A stretch of 25,990 nt of DNA from a virus (lineage: Duplodnaviria; Caudoviricetes): positions 1 through 25,990 of the IMG/VR virus record IMGVR_UViG_3300014031_000006. The stretch is one strand, 5' to 3'. Position 1 is the stretch's first letter; each line of letters opens with the position of its first letter. Below are positions 8,231 to 18,000 of this stretch, piece by piece. The notes beneath the pieces were generated by a model. It did no database searches and had not been told where the DNA came from. It saw only the letters and a program-made list of their open reading frames with translations. Position numbers and translations under genes: made by a program.

Positions 8231-8646
8231 TGAGCGATGCGTTCGCCCTCGATCTCTACACCAAACTGGCAACGGTTGCTGCGCTGGCTAATTCGGCTGG
8301 GTTCGCGGTCGGGGGAAGACCTGCCGATCCGGCGCTAACGAAAATACCGCTTCCCGCGGCTTGGGTATTGTTGGGGGGTGACGACCCCACCGACACAGAG
8401 GGTGGCATGGTTCCCGCCATGCAGGTGTTACTTGTGGAATACTTCGTAATGCTGTATGTTCCGTATGTGTCACAAGATGACTTAATAAACGTACAGTTCC
8501 CGTTACTTCGGGCGGCGAGAACTGCGATTCATGCGACAGATGCACCGAACGGGGGCCGCTGGTTATATCAGGGGCAACGACTGGCAGGCACCAATCCTGA
8601 TCGGTTGTGTTATAGGCAAAGGTACGCAATTCGCGTCCCGGCATAA
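8230..8646 (+). CDS. Putative tail terminator protein
   Basis: 138 aa with LPAAWV motif, immediately upstream of the tail tube gene. Confidence 0.65.
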   Translation: MSDAFALDLYTKLATVAALANSAGFAVGGRPADPALTKIPLPAAWVLLGGDDPTDTEGGMVPAMQVLLVEYFVMLYVPYVSQDDLINVQFPLLRAARTAIHATDAPNGGRWLYQGQRLAGTNPDRLCYRQRYAIRVPA

Positions 8647-8662
8647 TTGAAAGGAAATCACC

Positions 8663-9760
8663 ATGGCATTCAACGATAGTTCCTACTGCGTACTCCAGGG
8701 TGCGCTCTCCCTGCAACGCCGCGCTTTGAACGGCTTGCCCGTCGGCGGCTTTGTCAACGTCGGCGACTGCGATAAATTTGAGGTTTCGGTCGCCCAAACC
8801 TTTGACGAGATCGAAGAATCTATTTCTGGTCTCGGTTTGACTTCTGGTCGAGCCGTCACCTCCACCAAATTGAGTGTCAAAGCGAACCTACTGGCTTTCT
8901 CCAAGGATAATCTGGTCAAAGCCCTGTTCGGCACGGATACTTCTGGCGGGGGTGTGGCAGCCGGGTCGGTTGCCGCCGAATTGGCACTTGCCTACAACGG
9001 TAAAAAGGTACTGATGTCCGCCCCCGGCGTTTCCGCCGTAGTGATCAAACTGGCGAAATGCGATGTGAATGGAAATCCGGTCGCTGGCGTGACTGGTGCG
9101 CTGTCCTCCATTGCGGTAACAGCGGGCGGAACAGGGTACGCCGCCAATACAGTATTTGCCTTGACCCTTGCAGGTACAGGTGCGGGTGCCGTAGGTTATG
9201 CCATTTCCAATGCCGCCGGTGTGATCGTCGGAGCCTACATTGTTCCTGGTTCTGCCGGCAGTGGATATACCGCCCCTACAGCGGTGGTTACGACTCCTGG
9301 CGCGGGCACAGGGGTTACATTCCAAGTGAATATGGCCGCTGCAATACTGGCCCTTAATACCGACTACACCTACAACGCGGCATCTGGCGTAATTACGATT
9401 CTGCCAGGTTCGTTGCTGGTACCGTCCTTCGTTGATACCTTCGGTCTCGTGGCAGATGGTCAGGAAGGTGTTGCCCTCACCACGGCTTACAGTTACGGCG
9501 CGTATGGCGGCAAAGTGGAAGCCTTCACTACCGGCATCCAGTATTTCACGATGCTGCTGGAAGGAGTCAACACCTTCAACAACCAGCAAACTCGCGCATT
9601 GGTCTACCAGGGCCAGTTTGAAATGTCGAAGTTGTGGTCGTTGATCGACAAGAAGCACAACAACATCGAACTGAACGGTATGCTGATTCAGGATACGACC
9701 ATTGCGCTGCCGACGGCTGCCGCGCCATACTCGCAATTCCTGCAACTGACCAAAGGCTAA
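8663..9760 (+). CDS. Major tail tube protein with inserted accessory domain
   Basis: Strong RBS, N-terminal VGDCDKFEVS...KDNLVKALFG, DYTYNAASGVITIL, C-terminal IELNGMLIQD; precedes chaperone and tape measure. Confidence 0.82.
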   Translation: MAFNDSSYCVLQGALSLQRRALNGLPVGGFVNVGDCDKFEVSVAQTFDEIEESISGLGLTSGRAVTSTKLSVKANLLAFSKDNLVKALFGTDTSGGGVAAGSVAAELALAYNGKKVLMSAPGVSAVVIKLAKCDVNGNPVAGVTGALSSIAVTAGGTGYAANTVFALTLAGTGAGAVGYAISNAAGVIVGAYIVPGSAGSGYTAPTAVVTTPGAGTGVTFQVNMAAAILALNTDYTYNAASGVITILPGSLLVPSFVDTFGLVADGQEGVALTTAYSYGAYGGKVEAFTTGIQYFTMLLEGVNTFNNQQTRALVYQGQFEMSKLWSLIDKKHNNIELNGMLIQDTTIALPTAAAPYSQFLQLTKG

Positions 9761-9763
9761 ACC

Positions 9764-10243
9764 ATGACGGACGGATCGTTGGAGGTATTGTTCCCTGACG
9801 GCAAACCGGTGGCGGCGGGCGGTGAGAAATTTGTCATCATGCCCTTCGCTTTCGGCCAATCCTTGAAAGCGATGCGTTTGCTGCAACCGTTGCTGGTCTC
9901 GCTGGTAAGTTCTGGGCTGATCGGCGTGAGCGATGACGGGGCGTTGGTGTTCGCCTCCGACTGGCACATGCGGCTTCTTCCGGCGCTGGCGGACGGCGGC
10001 GACACAGCGGTTCAACTCTGTGTACTGGCGACCGGCAAGGATGCTGGTTTCATTGAAGCCCTCGCTATGGACGAAGCCACCGATCTGATCAAAGCCATAT
10101 TTGAGGTCAACGCCGATTTTTTCAAAAAGCGGATGCTTCCAAAGCTGGGAGTGCTACTGGCATCCGCGCAAACTGGTTCGATGCCCTCGATTCCCTCATT
10201 GCAGCCGGACACCGCCGCGCCGACATCGACGGATACACCTTAG
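9764..10243 (+). CDS. Tail assembly chaperone (gpG-like)
   Basis: Between tube and tape measure genes; contains IFEVNADFF with slippery sequence T TTT TTC AAA AAG. Confidence 0.8.
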   Translation: MTDGSLEVLFPDGKPVAAGGEKFVIMPFAFGQSLKAMRLLQPLLVSLVSSGLIGVSDDGALVFASDWHMRLLPALADGGDTAVQLCVLATGKDAGFIEALAMDEATDLIKAIFEVNADFFKKRMLPKLGVLLASAQTGSMPSIPSLQPDTAAPTSTDTP

Positions 10244-10407
10244 CTCAAATCAAGGGTTTCGCCCGTGCCGCACGATTGCGCGAAGGCCGCGCAGCCGCGC
10301 AGACGGTGCGTTTGACGAGCATGGCGATTGCGGCAGCTCTTGACGGCGAAGCCTCGGGTAAGGTAGAAGAGGCATGTAAACGGATGGAGGACGGCGACAA
10401 TGAGTGA
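10117..10407 (+). CDS. -1 frameshift extension of the tail chaperone (gpGT-like C-terminus)
   Basis: The -1 frame is open from the slippery site to TGA 10405-10407: FFQKADASKAGSATGIRANWFDALDSLIAAGHRRADIDGYTLAQIKGFARAARLRE...MEDGDNE. It overlaps the tape measure start. Confidence 0.78.
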   Translation, partial: FFQKADASKAGSATGIRANWFDALDSLIAAGHRRADIDGYTLAQIKGFARAARLREGRAAAQTVRLTSMAIAAALDGEASGKVEEACKRMEDGDNE

Positions 10408-13174
10408 CATGACCGTATCAATGACTTTCAAACTCGGCGATCAAGCAACCGCCGGGCTGAAGGATATTGAGTCCTCGTTCAAATCGTTGCAGAAAACGGT
10501 TGGTGAAGTAAACGGTCAACTCGCCACATTCTCGAAAACATCGGTCGGCGCGGAAGTAACGGCGGCGGTCCAGACCCAAACTGCGGCAACCAACGAATTG
10601 ATGGCCACGGAGAAAATGCTCCGTGCCGCCAATCTCGAAGACATCCGACGTTCCGAAATTACCGTTACCGCCAAACAAGCCGAAGTTGATGCAGTGTCGG
10701 GGCTAACTCTCGCCCAACGCGTGGCTATGGCTGAACAGATACGGTTGGCGGGTACGACGGCTGCCTTGTCTGCATCTAATTATGAACTCGCCGCGTCTCA
10801 GCGGGTAGCCGCTGCGGGGATCTCTGTAGAAGAAAAAGCACTTAAGATGGAAGCCATCATAGCGACGAACATGATTCGCTTGAACATGGCCCGCGCCGAG
10901 ACGATGGCGATTATGGGTCTGGAAACCAATGTGGCTACCGCTGCTACCATCAAGGATACTGAAGCATTGGGTGCCCATGCAGCCGCTACGAAGGTCAACG
11001 CTCTCGCCATGAAAGAATCTGTCGTGCTGGTTCGCGAATTCAGTCGCGGCGATATTTCCCGCATGGCTGGCAGCAGCACGATCCTGCTGCAATCGTTCGG
11101 TAAGCTGAACATGCTGTTCTCGTGGTGGACGGTTGGCATCGCGGCGATCGGTGCGCTCGGCTATGCCGCCGAGAAATCGGCCGAGAAATTCAACGCCATG
11201 AACAACGCGATCCGGTTGACCGGCAACTATTCAAACATGACCGCAGACGCCGCGCACAACCTGGCCGAGCAAATGGCTGATACCGGGCGCATCTCTGTGA
11301 CCGCCTCGGAAGCGGTCGTCCAGCAACTCGTGGCGTCCGGTCAGCTCGGCAACAAGGTACTTGGGGAATTGGCTGGGATGGCCGCTCGTTACGCGCAAGC
11401 CACGGGCGAAGATATAAAAGTTGTCGCCGGTAATCTGATCAAGGTGTTTGAAGACCCTTATAAGGGTGCGCTGAAACTGAACCAAGCCTGGCACTTCCTG
11501 AACGCCGCACAGATCGAGCACATCCGGCTATTGCAGGAATCCGGCGACAAGGAAGGCGCGCAACTTGTTCTGGGTGACGCCATGAACGTGCAACTCGGCA
11601 CCATGAAAGATCGGTTGAGTCCGCTCGGCAGGAGGTTCCGTTCGCTCAAGAACGACATCGTTGGTGCGTATGACGCGCTGGGTAATTTCTTTGGGCGCAT
11701 GCTGCGTGAGGACACCACGACGGAACAATTGGCTAAAGCCAAGGGAGTTGTGGCGCAGTTCACGAGGCACGGCGGCAACGCGGAAGACGTGCGGAACGCA
11801 CAGAATCAGGTCACATTCTTGGAAACCAAACTCAAGATGGAGTCCGCGATCGCAGCCAAGAAGTCCGAACAGACCAAACAGGAAGCCGAGTGGATAAATT
11901 TACAGGAATCCGCGCGTAAATATGCCAAGCGGGGCGGCGAGACTGATGACGTAGATGCCGTGATCAAGGGTCTGCGTGCCGAAATTGCTGCGCGCACCGA
12001 TCTGATCAAGGTCAAACAGGGTCAGGAGGCGTTGGATAATAACGCGTCTTTGGCGAAAGCCAAGGAACAGTTGCATTCCGCAGAACTGGCGCGCGAGACC
12101 ATGCTAAAAAGAGGTACGAAGGGCGATTCGACCGTCATGCAGGATTTGCGCGAGAAACTTGCAGCGCAGAAGGAGGACTTGGCGGCGACCGGCGCCAACC
12201 AGCGCGACATGCTGCAACTCGAGGCGACGTTCTGGGCGCAGGATATTTCTGGCTTCAAACTCACGCAGGCCGAGCGCGTCAAGATAGCCACAGTGGCGCG
12301 TAATGCGCAAACTGCGCTTGAGATATACGATAACAAGGAAGGCAAACGTCTTGAAATAGAGAAATTGGACAACTTGAAGCAAGCCGGTGACGCGGCCATC
12401 GCGGCAAAAATGGCAGAAATCAAAACTGTGCGCGTCGTCGGCCCGGATGCAGCCGTCCAGCAACTTGCACAGGAACGCGAATTGCTGGTTGAAAAATTGG
12501 CACTGGACGAATCCTATGACGCCGCGAAAGCCGCGATCGATGCGAAGTACCAGAACGCCGAGGACAAGCAGCGCGCGCAGAATTTAGCCACGATCAAGGC
12601 GAACGACAACGCCGCCCTTGTCGAGGACAACAAGATGTGGGCGGGACTGCGTAGCAACTCTACAACGGCGCTGTCTGCGATGTTGGGTGACGCCCAGAAA
12701 CACGGTGCCTCGGTGACGGCGGTATTCAAGAGTATGCTCGGTTCGATCTCGCAGGGGTTTATGACGCTGGTAAATCAGCGGCTCTCCCAGCAACTCATGA
12801 ATTCGATGTTTGGCACGAACTCGAACACGATGACCGGCGGTGGCTTTGGTAGCCTGCTGACAATGTTTGGCATCAACCAAGGCAACTCTAATTCGGCTGG
12901 TGCATGGGCGAATCAATCGTTTGCCGGCGGCAATGGTCAATGGGAGTCATACGCAGTCGGCACCGATTATGTGCCGCGCGACATGATAGCGCAGATCCAC
13001 CAGGGCGAACGAATCCTGACGGCCGACGAGAACCGGAATTTCACCGGTGGCAGCGCGCAGGTAACGAATCACAATTACATATCGGTGAATGAGCCGACTA
13101 ACACCCGTACACAATCGCAGATATTCGCGGGGATCGCTGCGGCTACTGGCAAAGCGGCACGGAGGAATAATTAA
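10400..13174 (+). CDS. Tail tape measure protein (924 aa)
   Basis: Long Ala-rich helical protein, lambda-like NNAIRLTGNY...FEDPYKG segment, C-terminal YAVGTDYVPRDMIAQIHQGERIL. Confidence 0.92.
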   Translation: MSDMTVSMTFKLGDQATAGLKDIESSFKSLQKTVGEVNGQLATFSKTSVGAEVTAAVQTQTAATNELMATEKMLRAANLEDIRRSEITVTAKQAEVDAVSGLTLAQRVAMAEQIRLAGTTAALSASNYELAASQRVAAAGISVEEKALKMEAIIATNMIRLNMARAETMAIMGLETNVATAATIKDTEALGAHAAATKVNALAMKESVVLVREFSRGDISRMAGSSTILLQSFGKLNMLFSWWTVGIAAIGALGYAAEKSAEKFNAMNNAIRLTGNYSNMTADAAHNLAEQMADTGRISVTASEAVVQQLVASGQLGNKVLGELAGMAARYAQATGEDIKVVAGNLIKVFEDPYKGALKLNQAWHFLNAAQIEHIRLLQESGDKEGAQLVLGDAMNVQLGTMKDRLSPLGRRFRSLKNDIVGAYDALGNFFGRMLREDTTTEQLAKAKGVVAQFTRHGGNAEDVRNAQNQVTFLETKLKMESAIAAKKSEQTKQEAEWINLQESARKYAKRGGETDDVDAVIKGLRAEIAARTDLIKVKQGQEALDNNASLAKAKEQLHSAELARETMLKRGTKGDSTVMQDLREKLAAQKEDLAATGANQRDMLQLEATFWAQDISGFKLTQAERVKIATVARNAQTALEIYDNKEGKRLEIEKLDNLKQAGDAAIAAKMAEIKTVRVVGPDAAVQQLAQERELLVEKLALDESYDAAKAAIDAKYQNAEDKQRAQNLATIKANDNAALVEDNKMWAGLRSNSTTALSAMLGDAQKHGASVTAVFKSMLGSISQGFMTLVNQRLSQQLMNSMFGTNSNTMTGGGFGSLLTMFGINQGNSNSAGAWANQSFAGGNGQWESYAVGTDYVPRDMIAQIHQGERILTADENRNFTGGSAQVTNHNYISVNEPTNTRTQSQIFAGIAAATGKAARRNN

Positions 13175-13836
13175 TGAGTTTTTCAAACACCAGATTTGAG
13201 ACAGGCTACATTATCTACCGTACCGACGGCGGCGCACAGTTCAGCACGGATATCGTGGTGATGAATTCTGGTTTTGAGCAGCGCAACCAGAACTGGCAGT
13301 ATGCGCGCGGCAAGTGGGATTTCGGCGACCGTAAATTGCCGCAATCCGAACTGACCGAAGTGATCAATTTCTTCCGTGCCCGTGCGGGCATGGCGCAGGG
13401 GTTTTTATTCAAGGACTGGTCAGACTATCAAGTGACGGCGGCGAACGGCGTGATGGGGCCGCTAGGCATCGGCACGGGTCTGGCAACCTACCAGTTGACG
13501 AAGAACTATTCGAGCGGCGGCAGTGTGGGACAACGGCTGATTCAGAAACCTGTTGCCGGCACGTTTACTGGCTACAAGAACGGGCTTGCGCTTGTCGTAG
13601 GCTCAGGGGCGGGTAACATCGCTGTTGACTACACGACAGGCCTTGTGACATTTGTGGCGCCGTACCCGATTGCCACCGATGTGTTGACGTTCGCCACAGA
13701 ATTTGATGTGCCGGTACGCTTCGATACCGACGAATTGCAATCACGATTCGACAGCGCGGAAGTAACGCGTCCCGGCGTACTCGGCGTGAAGTATTTTTAT
13801 CTGCATCCGCTTCCCCTCGTTGAGATCAGGGTTTAA
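13174..13836 (+). CDS. Distal tail protein (DUF2460 / RcGTA g12-like)
   Basis: FSTDIVVMNSGFEQRNQNW, FFRARAG..QGFLFKDWSDY, EFDVPVRFDTD, PLVEIR. Confidence 0.9.
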   Translation: MSFSNTRFETGYIIYRTDGGAQFSTDIVVMNSGFEQRNQNWQYARGKWDFGDRKLPQSELTEVINFFRARAGMAQGFLFKDWSDYQVTAANGVMGPLGIGTGLATYQLTKNYSSGGSVGQRLIQKPVAGTFTGYKNGLALVVGSGAGNIAVDYTTGLVTFVAPYPIATDVLTFATEFDVPVRFDTDELQSRFDSAEVTRPGVLGVKYFYLHPLPLVEIRV

Positions 13837-13838
13837 CC

Positions 13839-14678
13839 GTGCAGACCATCTCTACCGCCCTCAAGGCGCATTACGCGCAGGAAACCACCACGCTGGCGAC
13901 GTGCTGGAAAGTCACGCTCGTCAACGGCACGATACTCGGTTTCACCAGTAATTCGTCCGACCTCGTTATCGGCGGCATCACCTATCTGGCGGCTTCCAGC
14001 TATGTGCCCAGCACCGTGCAGACCAGTTCCGCGCTGAATGTGGACAACCTGGAAGTCGCCAGTATCATGTCCAGTTCCACGATTACCGATGCCGACCTCA
14101 TGGCCGGTGTGTGGGACTACGCGGCGATCCAGATATTTGAGGTAAATTATCTCGACCTCACCATGGGTTCGCGAATCATCCGTACCGGCCATATCGGACA
14201 GGTCAGCACAGGTCGCCAGGCGTTTCACGCCGAACTGCGCGGCATGATGCAGGCGTTGCAGCAGACCGTTGGCCGCGTCTACGGCGATACTTGCGACGCG
14301 ACGCTGGGTGACGCGCGCTGCGGACTGAATCTGGCGGCGTTCACGTTTACCGGCACCGTTTCATCTGTTGCCGATGGCCGAACCTTCACAGGGACGCCGA
14401 GTACAGCGCAAGTGAGTACCTACTTCGATGCCGGCCAGTTGACGTTTACCAGCGGCTTAAACGCTGGCCTCACCCGCGAAGTCCGAAATTATGTCTCGCC
14501 CAATTCATTCGTGACACAACTGGAGTTTCCGTTCCCGATAGCGGCAGGTGACACTTTCTCGGTAGTGGCGGGCGACGACAAATCCATCATTACCTGCGAG
14601 TGTAAATTCAATAATTCGGTGAATTTCCGTGGCTTCGTCACGGTTCCCGGCCAAGACCGTATGCTGAGCGGAACATGA
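13839..14678 (+). CDS. Baseplate hub protein (DUF2163 / RcGTA g13-like)
   Basis: TTLATCWKV...GFT, VDNLEV, CDATLGDARC, KFNNSVNFRGF..VPG. GTG start. Confidence 0.9.
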   Translation: MQTISTALKAHYAQETTTLATCWKVTLVNGTILGFTSNSSDLVIGGITYLAASSYVPSTVQTSSALNVDNLEVASIMSSSTITDADLMAGVWDYAAIQIFEVNYLDLTMGSRIIRTGHIGQVSTGRQAFHAELRGMMQALQQTVGRVYGDTCDATLGDARCGLNLAAFTFTGTVSSVADGRTFTGTPSTAQVSTYFDAGQLTFTSGLNAGLTREVRNYVSPNSFVTQLEFPFPIAAGDTFSVVAGDDKSIITCECKFNNSVNFRGFVTVPGQDRMLSGT

Positions 14679-15094
14679 TAACTCGCGAACAACTCGTTAC
14701 CGAAGCCCTCACATGGGTCGGCACACCGTTTCACCACATGGCGCGAGTGAAGGGTGTCGGTGCGGATTGTGTCGGCGTGATACTCGGTGCGGCCTGGGCG
14801 GTTGGACTCGAGGTGTGGGATGTCAAGCGCTACGCTCGGGTTCCCGCCAACGGGCAGTTCGAGGCCGCCGTGGACGCCCAGACCGAGGCTGTCGAATTGG
14901 CCGACGTGCTGCCCGGCGATCTGATGAAATTTACCTGGACGACCGAACCGCAGCATATCGCGATGGTGGTGTCCATTAATCCGGTGCGTATCCTGCACGC
15001 CTACGCGCAAGTGGGTTCGTGTATTGTGACCGATTTCGACCCGATGTGGCAGGCGCGGTTCTCCGGTGCCCGGCGGTTCAAGGGCCTCGTGTAA
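14675..15094 (+). CDS. Tail-associated NlpC/P60 peptidase (RcGTA g14-like)
   Basis: WVGTPFHH...GADCVG (catalytic Cys), QHIAM (His), ILHA. Confidence 0.9.
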   Translation: MITREQLVTEALTWVGTPFHHMARVKGVGADCVGVILGAAWAVGLEVWDVKRYARVPANGQFEAAVDAQTEAVELADVLPGDLMKFTWTTEPQHIAMVVSINPVRILHAYAQVGSCIVTDFDPMWQARFSGARRFKGLV

Positions 15095-18000
15095 TGGCCT
15101 CGGTTGCTCTTAGCATCGTTGGCAGCGCGATCGGCGGTCCAGTTGGTGGCTATATCGGTGCAGCGATTGGCGGCTACATCGACCAGAATTATTTATTTGC
15201 CCCAGACCCGATGCAGGGACCGCGTCTGAAAGACCTACGTGTGCAATCTGCGACGCTGGGTTCTGGAAAGAGCATGGGTAAGGGCACGTATCGAAACGCC
15301 GGTTTAATGATATGGGCGACACCCTATGTCGAACACGGGAGCACCAGTGGCGGGAAGGGTGGCGGCGGCGGTGGGTCAGCTACCACCTACACCTACACGC
15401 AGAGCATGGCCATTGCCCTCGGTGACGAACCGATCATCGGCGTGCGCCGCATCTGGGCGAATGGGCGCGTCATCTATGATGTGGGTAGTGATGACCCGGC
15501 GACGATCATCGCGAGTAATGCGGCGGGGCGGCTGGCCAACGGCGAGAATTTTACTGTTTATCGCGGCACAGAGACACAGATGCCCAATTCGCGCATCGTG
15601 GCGGAACAGGCAAAATTGCAGAACGCCTACTATTTTATCCCCGCACAAATGCCGTTGCCGGAAATGAAAGTGTGGGTGGGTGCTGGCCAGATTATTGTGG
15701 CTGGCAGCCCAGTTCGCAGCCTCAATCAAGCCGTGGTGATTACCGCCGCACCGGGTTCAAATGCACGGATTGACCGCGTGGTTATAAATAAGACTACATG
15801 CGTTGCTTCGGTGGTCGTGGGCACCGTATCGGCCTCGCCGGTTCCTCCGGCGATTCCACTCGGTAATTATCCGTGCTGCCAAGTGTATGTGGCCGCCGGA
15901 ACGCTGGGTATTTTGACTTCGATGATTACGGATGAACGAGTGGTCACTTGGCAACCGAACACTGCGTATATTCTCGGCCAGTATGTGTCGAATTCCGGCA
16001 ACCTGTATCAATGCGCCTCAGCCGGCGTGTCAGGGACGAGTAATCTGGCAGCAGTCGGTGCTACGGTTGTAGGCAGTATCGCACCCGACGCCGACGATTT
16101 CGCGTTGGGTGTGCTTACCGTTACCAGCGTGACGAACGGCAGTATTCCGATGCCTTCGTTCATCGTAACTGACTCGGAAGGAGGGGGTTATTGGACCACC
16201 CAACCTATTTCAGGGGTAAACGTCACTCCCGGCACAAATATAGTTGCCGGTTCGGGTTCAGGGACGGGGGGAACCGGCACATACCCTGTTGATCTCTCGC
16301 AGACTGCGGCTTCTGCATCTATTCAGGTCGGGCGGGTGGACGGCACCGTTCAGTGGGCATATCTGGAGGCGTTCAATACAATCCCCACCGTGCCGACTCC
16401 GGGGTATCGCGGGACACCATACGTTGTGTTCCTTGACCACTCACTGTCCGCGACCGGAAACACCACGCCGAATTTTGAATTTGAGGTTGTGGAGGGAACG
16501 AGTGATCTCGGCGATTATGTCACCTGGGCAATCGGTAAAACCGGACTCGCGCCCGGCGATATTGATGTGACGCGGCTCGTCGGTACGCCGGTTATCGGCC
16601 TGTTGACTTCTGACCGCAGCACCGTGCGTTCCATCCTGCAACCGCTGGCTTCGGCATTTTTCTTTGATGCCGTGGAAAGCGACGGCAAGATAAAATTCGT
16701 GATGCGCGGCGGCGGTCTGGCTCAATCAATCCCCGAGACCGACCTGGCAGCACACGCCAACGGTTCGCAGATGCCCGACCCGCTCGGCACTACTCGCACA
16801 CAGGAACTCGATCTGCCCCGTGTGGTCACGGTGCAGTACCCTAACTCGAATTTCGGATTTCAGCCGAGTTCAAAATATGCGCGGCAGCAGAGCACTTCGT
16901 CGAAGCTGGAAACCACGCTGCAAATTCCGATCAGCATGACGGATAGCCAAGGTCAAGCCATCGCCGACAAGATGCTGAACATCGCGTGGAACGAACGCAG
17001 CGGATTCACTTTTGCCACTGGCCGCGAATACTGCTATCTGGAGCCGACCGACATCGTAAGCGTGTCGAAAGGCGCGGCATCCTATGAGATTCGTTTGACG
17101 AACAAGGAAGAAGCGGCGCCAGGCATCTTCACATGGCAAGCCGTGGCCGAGGACATCGGGATTTATCACAACGTCATAAATAATCTGCTCGATAATGTCA
17201 AGCCTGCCGCCGCTTGGAATACTCCGCCCGGCAGTGTTTCGCCGCCGTTCATCATAGACGCGCCGGGCATCGTCACAGTTACCGGATTTGAATTGTGGAT
17301 TGCAGCAGGTAGTGCAAACAAGAATTGGGGCGGTTGCGGCGTATTCGTCTCGACCGACGGCATCGTGTATACACAAATTGGAACCATGCGCGGCAGTTGT
17401 GCCTATGGAATGGGTACTGTTTTATCAGGTAGTGACCCGGATTCGGTGAACACGCTTTCGACGGACCTGCGGAGGAGCGGCGCGAGCATGACTTCCGTAT
17501 CAAAAGCTGATGCCGACAACCTGCTCTCCCTCTGCTTCATGGGCGGCGAGTTGGTCAGTTTCGAGACGGCAGCACTTACCACAAACGGGTATGATCTCAC
17601 CTATTTAAGGCGGGGCGTTTACGGGACAACCGTTGCCGCGCATACCGGGGCGGCGTTCATTCAACTGGACACCCGCGTATTCAAGTATCCCTACGATTCG
17701 TCCCTGATCGGTCAAACGCTCTATTTCAAATTCCCCAGCTTTAATGTCTTTGGTGGAGCTGGGGAAGGTCTTGGTTCGCTGCCGGCGTACTCATACACTA
17801 TCCGCGGCTCGATCAGTATGCCCCCCAATGTGACGGGTTTCTCATGCCTTCAAAGCGGAACAATCGTTGCGTTCAAATGGAACGACCTGCCGGGTAAGAC
17901 GCTGCTGGTCTACGACATAGGTTATGCGCCACAAGGTACAACTGACCGCATGCTATTCACGGTTGTCAGCGAACGCGCCAAGGGTACGGAGATGACCAAT

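Noticed and set aside
454-10015. Long minus-strand ORFs (454-1320, 2949-3785, 4228-5097, 8888-10015 and similar)
   Set aside because: Antisense shadows of GC-biased coding genes, with no recognisable motifs.
10101-10343. +1-frame ORF as the chaperone extension
   Set aside because: Sequence looks non-coding (Arg/Pro-rich); the -1 frame has the slippery site and a chaperone-like motif.
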